DNA of 63,685 nucleotides from Octopus bimaculoides (GCF_001194135.2 NC_068982.1:135969646-136033330); one strand, 5' to 3'. Counted from the first letter of the stretch, positions 1 to 13,080 are shown. A program made the numbers and translations. Notes: generated by a model from the letters alone, not told the origin.

Positions 1-6
1 ACACAC

Positions 7-50
<44 letters not shown>

Positions 51-51
<1 letters not shown>

Positions 52-210
52 CGACGGGCTTCTTTCAGTCTCGGCAAACCAAATCCACTCACAAGGCTTT
101 GGTCGGCTCGAAGCCACGGTAGAAGACATTTGCCCAAGTTTCCACGCAGGGGTACTGAACCTGTAACCATGTGATTGGAAAGCAAACGTCTTACCAAACA
201 TCCACGTCTG
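51..210 (-). mobile_element. tRNA-derived SINE family A, 5' half (continues into the (TA)/(CA) run at 1-50)
   Basis: Reverse complement matches the copies at 17172, 19231 and 43835 (gggcaaatgtcttctac...gaccaaagccttgtgagtggatttgg...ctgaaagaagcccgtcg followed by (TA)n). Confidence 0.85.
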
Positions 211-1292
211 TGAGTGCAGTTTTTTTTTTATTTTGCTTTCTTTAGGAAACAAGGCGAAAATACCCATTAACGTAGTAGAGTGTAAAGCTTTAGTTATATT
301 AACCCAGTGACCCATTACTGTGGAGTTTTCCCGTTTCGTGTCGTCTTCCTGAGATAATATGAGACTGAATAAACTATATCATCCCATAACTATAGCGACA
401 GAGTGATCGAATCAGGCGAGTTGATGATTTGACAGTCTGTTTTTTAATTGAATTAGAAGAGACGTGAAAGTGTGTGTAAACATAAACATTAATATACTAG
501 CAGAAACTCATACCGGACTCGGGTCGGACTTGAACGAAGAAATGAGAGAAACAGAAGAGAAGATGAGAAGAGTGAAAGAAAGAATGAAGAGTGGAACGAG
601 GAAGAATAGAAAAAAAACCCCACCAAGAATTGAGAAGAGAAAACAGAAGCAGAGATAAGAGATAGATAAAGGAATCGAGTGTGTCCACACACGAACATAC
701 AGATAAAATTACATACACATAAACGAACAAGCAAGAAGAATTGTTGCAGCTCAGCAGTTGATCAGTTAGGCGCATAATAATAAAAGTAGGAAACAAAAAA
801 AGACCACATGACAGCGAACAGAAGAAAGAAGCACACTCATAGGCTTAGACGCGCATACATACATACATACATACATACATACATACATGCGTACATACAT
901 ACATACATACATACATACATTCATACCTACCAGCAGGTAGGCAAATAATAGAAGTATTAAAGCTGAAGGAATGGTTTGCTAAAGAAAAGAGTTAAGAAGT
1001 GAGAAACACAGATACGTACACATACACACACACAAACACACACACTCACACACGCACACATACACACACACACACGCACACACACACATACACACATACA
1101 CACGCACACACATACATACAATCGTATGTTTATGAATGTAGACACAAATTTAAGCAAAGGAGCAGGGAGTGAAAGAAGGCTGGCGTGAGTCAGCTCCACC
1201 AACGGCGCAAAATATTACAAAACTAAACTTGAAATAATTTTAAAAATAAAAACTACCGGAAATGATTCTTTCAATAGCGGCATTAGGATCAG

Positions 1293-1375
<83 letters not shown>

Positions 1376-1377
1376 CA
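1293..1377. repeat. (TAA)n microsatellite
   Basis: Direct inspection. Confidence 0.95.
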
Positions 1378-2582
1378 TAAGTCATGGTCAGCGAGGCGTA
1401 TCAAAAAAGGTTGAAGATGGTGTTGAAGTCCAACCTGAATGCCAAAAATTTGATTACCGCACTGAATATCTGGGCAGTTGCCTTGGCCAGGGATATAGTG
1501 CGTCCATCCTCAAATGAACTAAGGAGGAAATATCAACACTGGATAGGATGAGAAATTTCATGACGCTGCATGGGGCGCTACACCCTAAAGCAAACGTAAA
1601 CAGACTATATATGAAAAGAAAGAATGGTGGCAGATGACTAATTAGTATAGACCATTGTATAAGGAGTAAAATGGGAACACTTGCGGAGTATTTGATAAAT
1701 AGTGATGAAAATCTGCTGCAATATGCCGCGAAAGATATGGGTATAAATGCAGATGAAATGATGGGCAAGGAGGAGTTTGACCAAAGAGCTGAGGAGAAGA
1801 GAAAAGAAGACCTTCGTGAAATGAGAATGCATGGACAGTTTGAAAGGAATACACAAACCTTAAGCATGATACAGCATCGTGGGCATGACTTGAGCGAGGT
1901 GATTTGAAGCGTACCACTGAAAGCCTGATCATTGCTGCACAAAACCAGGCTATCGCTATCAATTCAGTGAAGTATAACATCTATAAAACTTCTGACACCC
2001 AGAAATGCTGACTCTGTGGAAAGAATGTGGAAAATGTGACCCACTTGGTAAGTGGATGTGAGAACCGTGCACAAAAAGCATACAAGCGCCGCCATGATAA
2101 AGTGTGTGTGTATCTTCATTGGCTCTTATGCCGTAAATACCAATATGAAGTAACAGAGAACTGGTATGAGCATGTACCAAGTAAAGTTATACAGGATGAT
2201 GGAAAAGTAACGATACTCTGGGACTATGATTTTCAGGCGGATCGTCTAATCCAACACCGTCGGCCGGATATTATCACATTGAATAAGAGAGACAAATACT
2301 GTCAGATCATTGATGTAGCCATACCAAATGACGTGAACGTTGTGAGTAAAGAGGTTGAAAAAAATCACCAAATACTCCAAATTGAAAGTGGAAATGGCGA
2401 GGCTGTATGGTGATCGGAGCGCTGGGCTTAATCCCTTCTTAAGGCAACTGGAAATCCTATGCAAGATTGATGTCTTGCAAAAAGCTGCCTTATTGGGCAT
2501 AGCGCAAATCTTAAGGAAAGTATTCTCTGTCTGAGGTCCTTGATATAACTTGACAGACGACTAAAGACTCCGTTTTACGAAG
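1378..2582 (+). mobile_element. 5'-truncated, decayed non-LTR retrotransposon with restriction-like endonuclease (R4/Dong type): RT thumb, CCHC knuckle, RLE domain, short 3' UTR
   Basis: Translation across frameshifts gives YQKRLKMVLKSNLNAKNLITALNIWAV, LHPKANVNRLYMKRKNGGR, C*LCGKNVENVTHLVSGC, YKRRHDKV and ILWD...HRRPDII...IIDVAIP. These are the RH/PD..D motifs of RLE-clade LINEs. Confidence 0.9.
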
Positions 2583-2583
2583 G

Positions 2584-2758
<175 letters not shown>

Positions 2759-3291
2759 GCACCTGTACAATATATTTTTAAACACTCAAGGGAAATAATA
2801 TATAAACATTATATACATATGAAAATTGACTCGATTGAAATGTAATGGTTTCTGGAATAGTAACAAGAGAATTCAGTAAAATCAGGAATGTTATTGACAA
2901 CATTCCAAAATATAGCCAAACAAATATTCCCTTTGGTATGGTGAAAGTAAAGAATCCTTGAAGTGCCGACCAAACCGTGAAGTCTTAGCCACATATTAAT
3001 CGGTCGAAATGCAGTTACAGCTTAGGTGCCGCGCTCACCAAACCGTGAAATCTAAGTCACATAATGATTGGTCAAAATACAGATTCAGGCTGCTAGAGCC
3101 CGTCGAAGGGTATTTGAAGGAAAAAATTATCATTTTCATTACAGTTGTCACTTGTCGAACACGACTGTCTCTACTTAAACCTGATGATTGCGTAACGCAT
3201 GAGTGTATTAATTTAATTATTATAAATTTGTAAAAATTGCAAACAATATGTGTGCTTGTGTGTGTAAACGCACACACACGCACACACACAC

Positions 3292-3330
<39 letters not shown>

Positions 3331-3463
3331 TACACAACCTTGTATAGTGGAGTAATAATCTAAGTGGTTCATTGACCTTTTGGGGTCTATTTCTAGCAGA
3401 CTGGTATTGTAATCATTCAACACTCTTATTATTATAATTATATATATATATTTGTGTGTGTGC

Positions 3464-3509
<46 letters not shown>

Positions 3510-3598
3510 GAATAGATTTAGGTGATTTTTCCGTCTGTATATGGTCATGTCATTCTACATACTAAACTGCAGGTAGAGTCATAAGCGGTAGGGCGCAA

Positions 3599-3689
<91 letters not shown>

Positions 3690-3705
3690 TGCACGTGTGT
3701 GTACA

Positions 3706-3874
3706 TAGGTAGCTGCCAATAGAACCAATTGTAAATAGAATATTAAGCCAATGGCGTAAAGTGCAAACTCACTTCCAAACTACAACAAAAGAAAAATGTT
3801 TTACAGCACAGATGTTTGTGATTCTGGAAATGAACTTTACCTTTTATATTTGCATCCAATTTTAAAACATGTTG
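3706..3874 (+). mobile_element. hAT transposase fragment, inverted paralogue of 4587-4761
   Basis: Aligns by eye to the reverse complement of 4587-4761 (gcaaactcacttccaaac...aatgaactttaccttttat...tgcatccaattttaaaacatgtt). Confidence 0.85.
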
Positions 3875-4002
3875 ATGTGTGTCTATATGTATACGTACGT
3901 GTATATATGTATATATGTATATGTGTATATGCAGGGTGGTCCAAAAGTAGGTTTACAGTTATTCAACTATCTCTTTCGCATTCATATATAAAATGTTTAG
4001 AT

Positions 4003-5740
4003 CAGTGTTGCCAACTTAAAATCAGAATTTTATGCTAAATTTCAGTAGAATTATTCAGCATTGAGAAATGATTTCTTGAATTTCACTGATTTGATCACTT
4101 TCAGCTGCAGTGCCTAGATCGTGATTTCTGTATACATTCAAGGTCCCAATATTGTTAATTATGTCTTTTGGAATATCGAAGTTTTTGCCACATTTGTCAT
4201 ATCTTTTCAAACCATATTTTATAGACAATATTGATCTAAGCATAGGAAGATGCATTTTGTCTTCCAATTTTGATTTTTTTTCGCCCATAATACTGAACAA
4301 CTGTTCAACTTCTGCATTTGAGTTTGACAATATTTGCGAATATAATTATCTTCAGTGTCTGTTACAATGTTCTGGATAATCATTCCTGCTATGTTTCTCT
4401 CGAACCTATAGCCTAAATTTGCTTTAGGATCCAGAATTTGTTCAATAGAAGCATCCGGATCAAGAGGATCAATTCTACACGTTGGCAACACTCTCATATT
4501 AGCAACAGATTTGATCAAATTTGAAAGATCTTCAAGTAATTTTGTTTTGTTGACATAGTTTGATTCAAACAATTTATTCACTTCTTGAACATGTTTTAAA
4601 ATTGGATGCAAAAATAAAAGGTAAAGTTCATTCCTAGAATAACAAAACATTTGGGCTGTAAAGCATTTTTCTTTTGTAGTTTTAGTTTGGAAGTGAGTTT
4701 GCAATTTAAGCAAATGGCCTAAAATTCTAGTTACAGTTGGTTCTCTTGACAGCCATCTAGTTGTACAAGAATTCACAATCTTCAAAAGCGCTTTATCATT
4801 GATAGCAAAGTAAAGTTGTTTGTAGGCACTTTGCCTTGTTGAGGAATGAGAGAACCATTTATAGGTTTCGGATACTAAAAATTCTAAATTTATGGGCAGG
4901 CATTCAGCACAAGTGTGGGATACTGCCAATTGTAAATAATGACATACATATGTAAATATAAGTAATGATGGAACTGCTTTTAATTTCTGGAAAACACCAT
5001 TGTTGACTCCTGTCATTACTCTAGCATTGTCAGTTCCTATAGTCAGTAAATTTTTTATATCTAATTTCTTTTTTGCTAATTCAACTTTTTAAGGCATCTA
5101 CAATGCTATCTGCATTACGTTTCTAAAGATACCATATTGAGATATGTATGTACCACTTTTTTGTGAGTGTCACTGTAATATATGATAACAATTTTTAACA
5201 GCTTGTTTATTGATATATTATTAGATTAATCTAACAAGCTAACTTTTCTAACTCCTATATGAGAAGTATAGGAGCTATATATCAAAATATGGAGCTAGAA
5301 CATTTCTCATAATATTTGCACATTTTGTACGATGCGATTTCACTTTGGGCATAATATTATTCACTATCAGACATATAATTCTGACATAACTCCATTAAGT
5401 GATCACAGCTATTAAATGATGAGTGGCAACAAATAAACATTGCTAAATTTGCTTTAAGCATAGATGTCTTATCATTTTTGGTTTTAATAAAATTGGTAAG
5501 AGGAATAATTTGCTGTGGAGTTTATGCCTTATGTTTCTTTGCTTCACAGTGGCTGACTAAAAGAGAATATTTTACCAACATATTACATCTTTATTTACAG
5601 TATGCTTTAGATATCTGCAGTGTGCTTTAGATTAGCCACTAGGTACTTCACACATCCACTTAATAATCACCGGCATCTTAAGCCATTCCTTTCTGAATTT
5701 TTGCTGGTACAACTTTGGTTTTTCTTTGCTCACTGTAATG
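4003..5740 (-). mobile_element. decayed hAT DNA transposon (transposase pseudogene with N-terminal zinc-finger-like region)
   Basis: ORF 4219-5016 has MTGVNNGV (after DNA), xCHxLQLAV and TTRWLS. ORF 4055-4330 has the SNAEVEQLFS dimerisation motif. The region near 5740 reads YQQKFRKEWLK. TIR-like CAGTGTTGCCAAC lies at 4003. Confidence 0.9.
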
Positions 5741-6532
5741 TAGTGGGAAGCAAGAAAATAAATTGAATGATTAATAAAAATATGAAATTGAAAACACAGT
5801 TTATCAGTTTGCCACTAAAAATTCTTTCATTTGCCGTTAACAATTCTTGCATTTGCTGCACACAAATTCTTGAGGTGAAGAATGCTAATTCAGTGTGCAG
5901 GGTAGCCAACTTATAAATGGAAGAGTAAAATCTGCAGAAATCCTAAAACTGTGTTCTGATATAAACCTGAGAACATTATATTTCGCTTTCAATCTTACAT
6001 TTCATACCTATTGGTAAAACCACAAATATAACTACAATAATTGAAAAAAAAAATCAAACATAAAGGGGAGACTCCGCCACCCCCGTATTTCTACACAAGA
6101 TATATAATCCAAAACAAGTATGAAAAATCACAGGTCTGTTCTAACACTGAAAGTAAATCAGTCAAACTGTCATGATAAAAACTCATCACTACAGAATAAA
6201 GCGTTTTTGGGACGAATTTCTATGCTTTCATTCTTTGCAACATATTTACATTACTCTGTAGTGGTTAAATATTTATCATGGTAAACAATTGCAAAAAGAT
6301 TGTGTATGCCTTTGAAGTAAACAAATGAGTGAATCGATTCATAATTAAAATATGATTTATTCACCGGACTTAATTTGTCGTTGGTACACATAATTCTTCA
6401 CTACATGCAAAATGTTGACAACTGCTACGAGTTGCTAGAAATAGAAACAGGGTACATCTGTGGAAATGATATGTCACAATTGAATATATGTTCGCGTGTG
6501 TGTGTGTGTACGTAGTCATCTGATACAATAGT

Positions 6533-6704
6533 CTACTGTGGAACTTCGGACATTGTTCTGGTCTCTGCTGTCACCAAAACCTGTTGTGTCGTAGAACTTC
6601 CTCGTTTGGCTGCCAGGGCCTTCTCTGCTTCTATCTTGTTGACCACTGAATTTATAAGAATTGTGGCAGCTAGAATGACAGACATAGTGCAGCAGAGTTT
6701 GTAC
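6533..6704 (-). CDS. candidate terminal coding exon of an unidentified host gene
   Basis: Non-repetitive, GC-richer island. aatttag|G acceptor, then open frame YKLCCTMSVILAATILINSVVNKIEAEKALAAKRGSSTTQQVLVTAETRTMSEVPQ* with one hydrophobic helix. No homologue recognised, and a second frame is also open. Confidence 0.33.
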
Positions 6705-7398
6705 CTAAATTTTATAGATTTCACAAAGCATAACGGGAGGAGCTATAGAGTATGCGATCGCTCGCTTTGTAATATATAACAGCGAGTGTACCTTCGAATT
6801 ATACTCTTCTGTCTTAAAATTAAACACGTTCGTTTGTAACTCGCAAAATACACTGTGAATTATAAACAGACGACATGGCCAATCCTGGTTTTTCTTTCAT
6901 TGTGCATTAACTCGATTAAAGCAGATATGGATATTATAAATGTTATACGATCTTATTAAAGACACGAAAACTTTCTCTAGTAATGCTACAGGTACAAATT
7001 CACTCAAGGTTTCGGTATTGAATACAATTTGTCTCCATATCTCTTAAAGGCCATCGACCTGAACTGAATTCACTACTCCGATGAGAAACTACGCTATTGA
7101 TATCACAGTACATTTTCTATATATAAACACACTTTATATATTAAAAGATTATGTATTTTTGTGCTAGTCTATATAAACATTGCTTTCAGTTTAATGTAAC
7201 AAATAAACTGCCATTCTACACCCTCACGTACGTTCACAATCACACTCATACACACACGCATACACGCGCACGCAGACGCACACACAAACATACACACCAA
7301 CACACCCTTGCACTCAAATGTTTTCAGAATATTATGGTGTTAAGATTTCCCAACGGCTATGTATTGCTGTCTTTTGATTTCTGTAATTTATGTGATAA

Positions 7399-7447
<49 letters not shown>

Positions 7448-7449
7448 GA

Positions 7450-7600
7450 TTTTAGAAAAAAAAAGAAAACAAAAGGCAAAGACGGGTGTGTAAACAACAA
7501 ACAGATGTATTCGTTTAACGCTCTGGAAGTGAGAAAGTCTTTTACGATTCGAGCCTACTCTCTTCGACAGAAAGGAACACAGAAATAAACAGGGAGAGAC
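7450..7600 (-). mobile_element. Penelope-like pseudo-LTR-type repeat with degenerate hammerhead-like core
   Basis: Related to 16830-17040. Minus strand reads cttt-CTGTCGA-A-GAG-agtagg-CTC-GAAT-CG-TA-aaag. Confidence 0.55.
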
Positions 7601-7888
7601 AATAGAAAAAGATTTAGTGGCTAGCGATCTATCATGGCGCATGCCTGACAGAGGTGTTACACAGGAAAGCTAGGAAGAAGGGAAGATAATAAAGTAGTGG
7701 TGATCCCAAAATGAAGGTGTGCATACATAAGTATGTGAGAGCGTGTATGAGCGTGTGGACGGGGGCTGGTGACCTTGACGTGTGCGTGTGTGCATGTGTA
7801 AGTGTGTGGTTTCGTGATGTTGTGTGGTGGTGTGTGGTGTAGTGATGTGTAGTATGGTGTGGTAGTATTGGGGTGTGGGTGGGATGGA

Positions 7889-7947
<59 letters not shown>

Positions 7948-8659
7948 GAATACGCCCATACACACCGACGTGCACAGCGTCAGAGAGAGAGAGAGAGACA
8001 GACAGACAAACAGAGGGAGAGAGTGAAGGAGAGAAACAGAGAGAAAGAAAGATGCATATACTATTCATCTGCTATGATCTGCAAATTCGAAATCGCGAAT
8101 AATGAAAACTACTAAAATAGTTATTTTGAAATGTGTATGCACATTATGATGCTGACATAATATTGCCGATCAATGTAATTTCGTCTCCAACATTAACTGA
8201 TCTGACATATGCAATATGGCTGACCTCATATTACTAAGACTGTTCAGTTCAGTGTATTTATAACTGATTAACTTTACATGGTCAATTATTAGTTTCTCCA
8301 TGGAAGCGGATATCCGTTTACTTTCCATGTTAAGTCCGCCAGAGTAGATTTGTGAATTTATATAATGTGGTATGTGTGGGTGTATGTGTACCATTCCAGA
8401 TATCGTAGCTTGTTGTTCACAATCTTTTACATTCGAACATAATCTCATATAACTTCCAGATTTATTCCCCATATATATATGAGGTAGAAAATATTTTAGT
8501 GAGGAAACACACGTGGTGGATGTAAATAGAGGGAGATATAAGAGAAAAAAACATAGATTTGTTTTGCAGGATTTAAGAGTGTATTAGAACCATGATAATA
8601 AAGTTATTAGGCAATTTTGTACAAAATAAGGTTTTATTCTTTCAACATAATTGAAGTAA

Positions 8660-8830
8660 GGACCGGTTTCCTTTCTCAGCAGTGTCACCACACCTCTGCT
8701 GACAGCACTAGAAACTTTCCCGTTATTTTGCCAGTTGCGGTAGACGTCTGCAAAGAGGTCGCCAAACAAATCTGGTATGAATACATAAAATTCATAGGGC
8801 AAGCCGTCCTAACCGGGCAATTTGCGAATT
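8660..8830 (-). mobile_element. L1/Tx1-type LINE RT N-terminal fragment
   Basis: Reads (K)LPG*DGLPYEFYVFIPDLFGDLFADVYRNWQNNGKV...GVVTLLRK; homologous to the translation of 11105-11270. Confidence 0.85.
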
Positions 8831-8838
8831 GTTCAATC

Positions 8839-8840
<2 letters not shown>

Positions 8841-8914
<74 letters not shown>

Positions 8915-8925
8915 TTCATCATCAT
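8841..8925. repeat. (CAT)n microsatellite
   Basis: Direct inspection; source of the poly-His and poly-Ile ORFs. Confidence 0.95.
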
Positions 8926-9153
8926 TATGATTCATTTTGTTCATCATGTACCAGTACGCCTGTATTCATCATTACTTTATTTAATTTTAGAAAAAATGAA
9001 GCATGTCATTGAAAGTCCCGGAGTTCGTCGAACTAAATTTTGAGTATGCTTTTTGGCCCGCAATATATATATATACTGTGTAATAATATATCCTAATAAT
9101 ATTTCATTGTCCGGTTTGAAGCGACAATTTTTAAACACATACAAATGATTGAA

Positions 9154-9500
9154 AAATGATGAGCTAACCCTAGCCAAAATCGAACCCCTTGTGTATCCGA
9201 TTGTGACAAACGCTCACCCATCAATTGCTGCTAAATTTAATGAATATATACTTAAACTGTCTAATACTACATAATATATTTGTAAACAAACGTGAAAGGT
9301 TTTGGAAGTTACGGTGAGAAAGAAACTATGGAAAACTCGTTGCATAATAACTGTATAATGATATATCATAATAACACGTTCTCAAATGACTGAAAAAATG
9401 ATGGCTGAAATTGATGGGTGAGCGTTTGGCCAAATCGGATGCGCAAGGAGACGTGTTTTTATTTGTGGGTTCGATTCTGGTTAAGGTTATCTCATCATTT
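9154..9500. mobile_element. MITE/fold-back element with long imperfect TIRs
   Basis: 9154-9226 is the reverse complement of 9409-9500 apart from one internal indel of about 18 nt. Confidence 0.75.
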
Positions 9501-9759
9501 GCTTAAGATAACATTTACAGCTGTTTCGGGTTATGTTTTAGGTAAACTTGCGTTTATCTCGTTCCATATATATTCAGAATGATTTGAACTTTACCAGAGG
9601 AATATTGACAGAAGATCAAAGGTTGACACGAGGAAAGGGAACAAAGAAAAGAAAAAAAAGAAGAAAGGAAACGTTTCATTAGGCTTTTAAGCTTACATTT
9701 TTGTTTGCTTAAGAGATGGCATGTGTGCATACAGTTGCTTCGAGTAGATGAATGGATCT

Positions 9760-11345
9760 TTGCTAAACTTAGGGTGCTTGAATATGCGTGGACTGAGCTC
9801 GAAGTGGTAGCAGGCCTGTTTCTTCGACAATCTCAGATCACACGATATACATGTGATGGTTTCTAAAGAGACTAAGCTGCACAATCTACAAACCTTCTCG
9901 CCCCTCCTGAAAGGCTATGAGAAAATCATATCTCACAGACAGACCGGAGCTCGAGGGGGCGTAGTAGTACTGGTCCGAAAAGGCGTGGCTCTGCAGACAA
10001 GCACAGTCTGTGTAGACCCAGAATGTGGGCTGATCGTCCTTCATGTGACATACAGCAGTAAGGCCTTCAGGTTGATCGGGATCTTTGCACCTTGTGCTAG
10101 AGGATTTCAAGCTGATTTTTATCGGTGCCTAGAGACCTTTTTCGTGACGTCGAAGATACTAGTGGTGTTAGGAGACTACAACGCTATCGTTGATGCACGC
10201 ATCGATAGCGTTGACTCGACCGGTAGGAAAGTGAACTCACGTCTCGTAGATCTGCTTAAGCGCTTTCAGCTAGCAGATCGTTATAGGTTTGAGCATCCGA
10301 ACGTCCCAGAGTAGATCTGGATTAGTGGCGATGGAAGGTTCAAGTCCTACTTAGATAGGATAGTGGTAAGAGATAAGGCTAGAGATAAGGCTAGTTTTAG
10401 CTGTCCGCAGCTTGTCCAAGTAACTTACACTGACCATAGAATGGTAAAGTGCAGACTGGACATAGATAGTACAGTTAAGAGAGGATCCGGCTACTGGAAG
10501 CTGAACAAGTCTATTTTGACTTGCGAGGCATACCGTAGCCGGATTAAGGAATTAATAGAGAGGGCGTTAACCGGCGCTGTGGTTAACAATCGGTGGTGTT
10601 TCGCCCTGAAGAGAACCATTCGTCTGTTACGTTTATCCCTCAGCTAAGACTAGAAAGTTCAGACTAGAAGGGCAACTAGTTAAGGTGTTAGAGGAGGCGT
10701 TGAGGTTGGGCTCAGCATCCCACATTTTGGCAGCGAGAACGGCCTTGGACCATTATCTCAAAGCCAAACATGAGGGATGCAGAGTTCGGGCTAAAGTGCG
10801 CGCATTGGGCCGTGAGGTAATTAATGTTGCCGGATGCGCCCGTACGGTAGAAACCCAGCGTGGCAATGATGCCACAATTAGGTCTCTTGTTGATGACAAT
10901 GGGTGTTCGGTCGATGGACGGGACGAGATGTGTGATGCGCTTTGCAAGCACTTTGCCGAGTTGTTCGACAGGAGCAGGATGCTGGATCATGGTAACGCCC
11001 TTAGGGATTTCCTAGCGGGCGGCTGCGTCTCTCGGCACGAGAGGCTGTGTGATGCAAGGGGCCAATCACAGCCGAGGAGCTAATCGAAGTGCTGGGCGAG
11101 TGCCCCAGAGAGAAATCACCGTGTCTCGATGGTGTACCTTATGAATTCTACAAAATTATGCCAGACATATTCGGGCACATGCTGGCTAGCGTCTATGCCA
11201 ACTGGCACCAGAATGGGAAAATTTCCAAGTCTGAGAGCCTGGGAGGTAACGTTGATCAGTAAGAACCCGAGCAATGGGGGAAAACTAGGGAATTTCAGGC
11301 CCATCACTCTGCTAAAGACAGAGTTAAAGATTTTGGGCAAGTATC
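9760..11345 (+). mobile_element. decayed L1/Tx1-type LINE ORF2 (APE endonuclease plus RT N-terminus), 3'-truncated by a SINE
   Basis: Motifs LNMRGL, KETKL, VLGDYNA, SYLDRI, YTDHRMV, GSGYWKLN and NFRPITLLKTELKIL, broken by stops and frameshifts. Confidence 0.92.
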
Positions 11346-11348
11346 TGC

Positions 11349-11417
11349 TACTATAGCCTCGGGCCGACCAAAGCCTTGTGAGTGGATGTCATAGACGGTA
11401 ACTGAAAGAAGCCCGTC

Positions 11418-11418
<1 letters not shown>
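11349..11418 (+). mobile_element. SINE family A internal fragment followed by (TA)n
   Basis: ctatagcctcgggccgaccaaagccttgtgagtgga...gaaagaagcccgtcg matches the other family A copies. Confidence 0.85.
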
Positions 11419-11495
<77 letters not shown>

Positions 11496-12815
11496 TATGT
11501 GCTTCCTCGTAGTTATTGTGTATCAAATCTATCACAATGCATTCTATGACCTAGGGCTGTAATATTAGACACTAACCCAGTCTGCCGTACAGTGACACTA
11601 AACTTGAAATCACGTGGTTGCAAAGCGAGCGTCTTAAGCACAGCCGTACTTGCAAAGTATTCTAAATTGCTTTTTCTAAATTGTGTACGATTTTCTTATA
11701 CATGAATACAAATGCAGGTTTTCGTTATTAAAATAAGATCGTTTGTAGTGAATGTCAAGAAAACAAATTACACATCTAAAACATTGAAGTATGTCTTAAG
11801 GTAGTGGATATTTGTAGATCCAGCAGCAGTTTGTAAATACTTGAGAAACAAAGAACATCCCACGATAATATTATTCTATCAAGCATGATAACTGAGTTTG
11901 CTATAATACATTCAATAAGTGGACGGTGTGTGTTAGAGAGATCATTGATCGGAATGTTGAAATAGAATAGCTAGATAAATGTACCGCTCGAATAGGCTTG
12001 GCGTTAATGTTTATGTATTCAGCTATTATAAATTTTAAATCAGAAAACAAAGAAAAATATATATATAAAAAATTTAGCACTTTTACAAACATCCCTTCTC
12101 ATACTGACAAGATGAATAAAAGTTTTGAAAAGCCAGTAGGTCACAATTCCTGTTTTTAATTTATAAAGAATTTGAACGAGTATGATGCATCATTTAACCT
12201 CTTCCAGACGGACTTCTTCACACTTGTTATGTTAAAAAACTACCTCACAAAGAATCACTTGTAGTAGATGTTCGATAAATATATTCATTGAGTTTATTCT
12301 ATGCCTGAAATGTTAATGAATAGTCTCCGAAAGAACTATTAGCGATATTGTTTTTGTAACCATTGTTTACCTTAGAAATGGTTGACTGGTTCGTTTCATT
12401 TTAAGAAAGGTTTGATTACTTCCTTTTAATCTGAAGCTTGTCTGCTATAAGTGTATTCGTAAACGTTGTTTAAACAATAGCGATATATTACAGTTTCTGA
12501 AGAGATTTAAGAATTTTTTTTCTCGAGCCCTAGGATTCAAAAGGTCGGTTACGCGGTTTTCATGGCGTATAAGTGATCAAGATCGCAACACTCCCATTTA
12601 ACGTGACACAGGTCAGTTGCATGGTTCAAGGCCAGCAATTTTGAGGGGAGGGGGAGTGTCAATTACTCAGTACTTCTCAGTTTTGTCAAATCTGTTTTCG
12701 ACTTGGTAACAATTCGAATCATTTTCACTGATTAAATTCGTTCTACAACTTTCTGACATATAATCTCATTTGTGTCGATATAATATATGTGAACATGTAA
12801 CATACTGATCTTCAA

Positions 12816-12943
12816 AGGCGGCGAGCTGGCAGAAAAGTTAGCACGCCGGGCGAAATGCTTAGCAGTATTTCGTTTATCTTTACGTTCTGAGTTCAAATTC
12901 CGGTCGACTTTGCCTTTCAAACTTTCGGGGTCGATAAATTAAG
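12816..12943 (+). mobile_element. tRNA-derived SINE family C, 5' part
   Basis: aggcggcgagctggcagaa...gagttcaaattcc (B-box-like); reverse complement of the copies at 13110-14012. Confidence 0.85.
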
Positions 12944-13080
12944 AGAGTCATAAATAGAATTCCATCTGGTACTGTTGGGGACCACAAGCCTCCTCTTCAA
13001 GCATCCATAATTCTGTCTGCCGCCACCGTACTGCGGCTCTGCAGATTCCACAGCCGCTGTTCCTTGGTTATGGCCAAACT
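12944..13080 (-). mobile_element. hAT (Ac/ZBED type) transposase internal fragment
   Basis: Minus strand with one frameshift reads LWNLQSRSTVAADRIMDA / KRRLVVPNSTRWNSIYDSL (hAT TRWNS motif). Confidence 0.75.

Noticed and set aside
3175-3215. Hammerhead-like CTGATGA-TTGCG-taa-CGCAT motif (also 46670-46700, 47040-47060 and 54929-54960)
   Set aside because: The GAAA strand or the stems are missing or too degenerate to distinguish from chance.
5898-6149. Second terminus of the 4003 hAT element
   Set aside because: CAGGGTAGCCAAC at 5898 is in direct rather than inverted orientation, and the candidate at 6138-6149 is degenerate with no 8-bp TSD.
8170-8472. 100-aa minus-strand ORF in non-repeat sequence
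   Set aside because: No recognisable motif and no convincing splice sites; a chance ORF or decayed element is equally likely.
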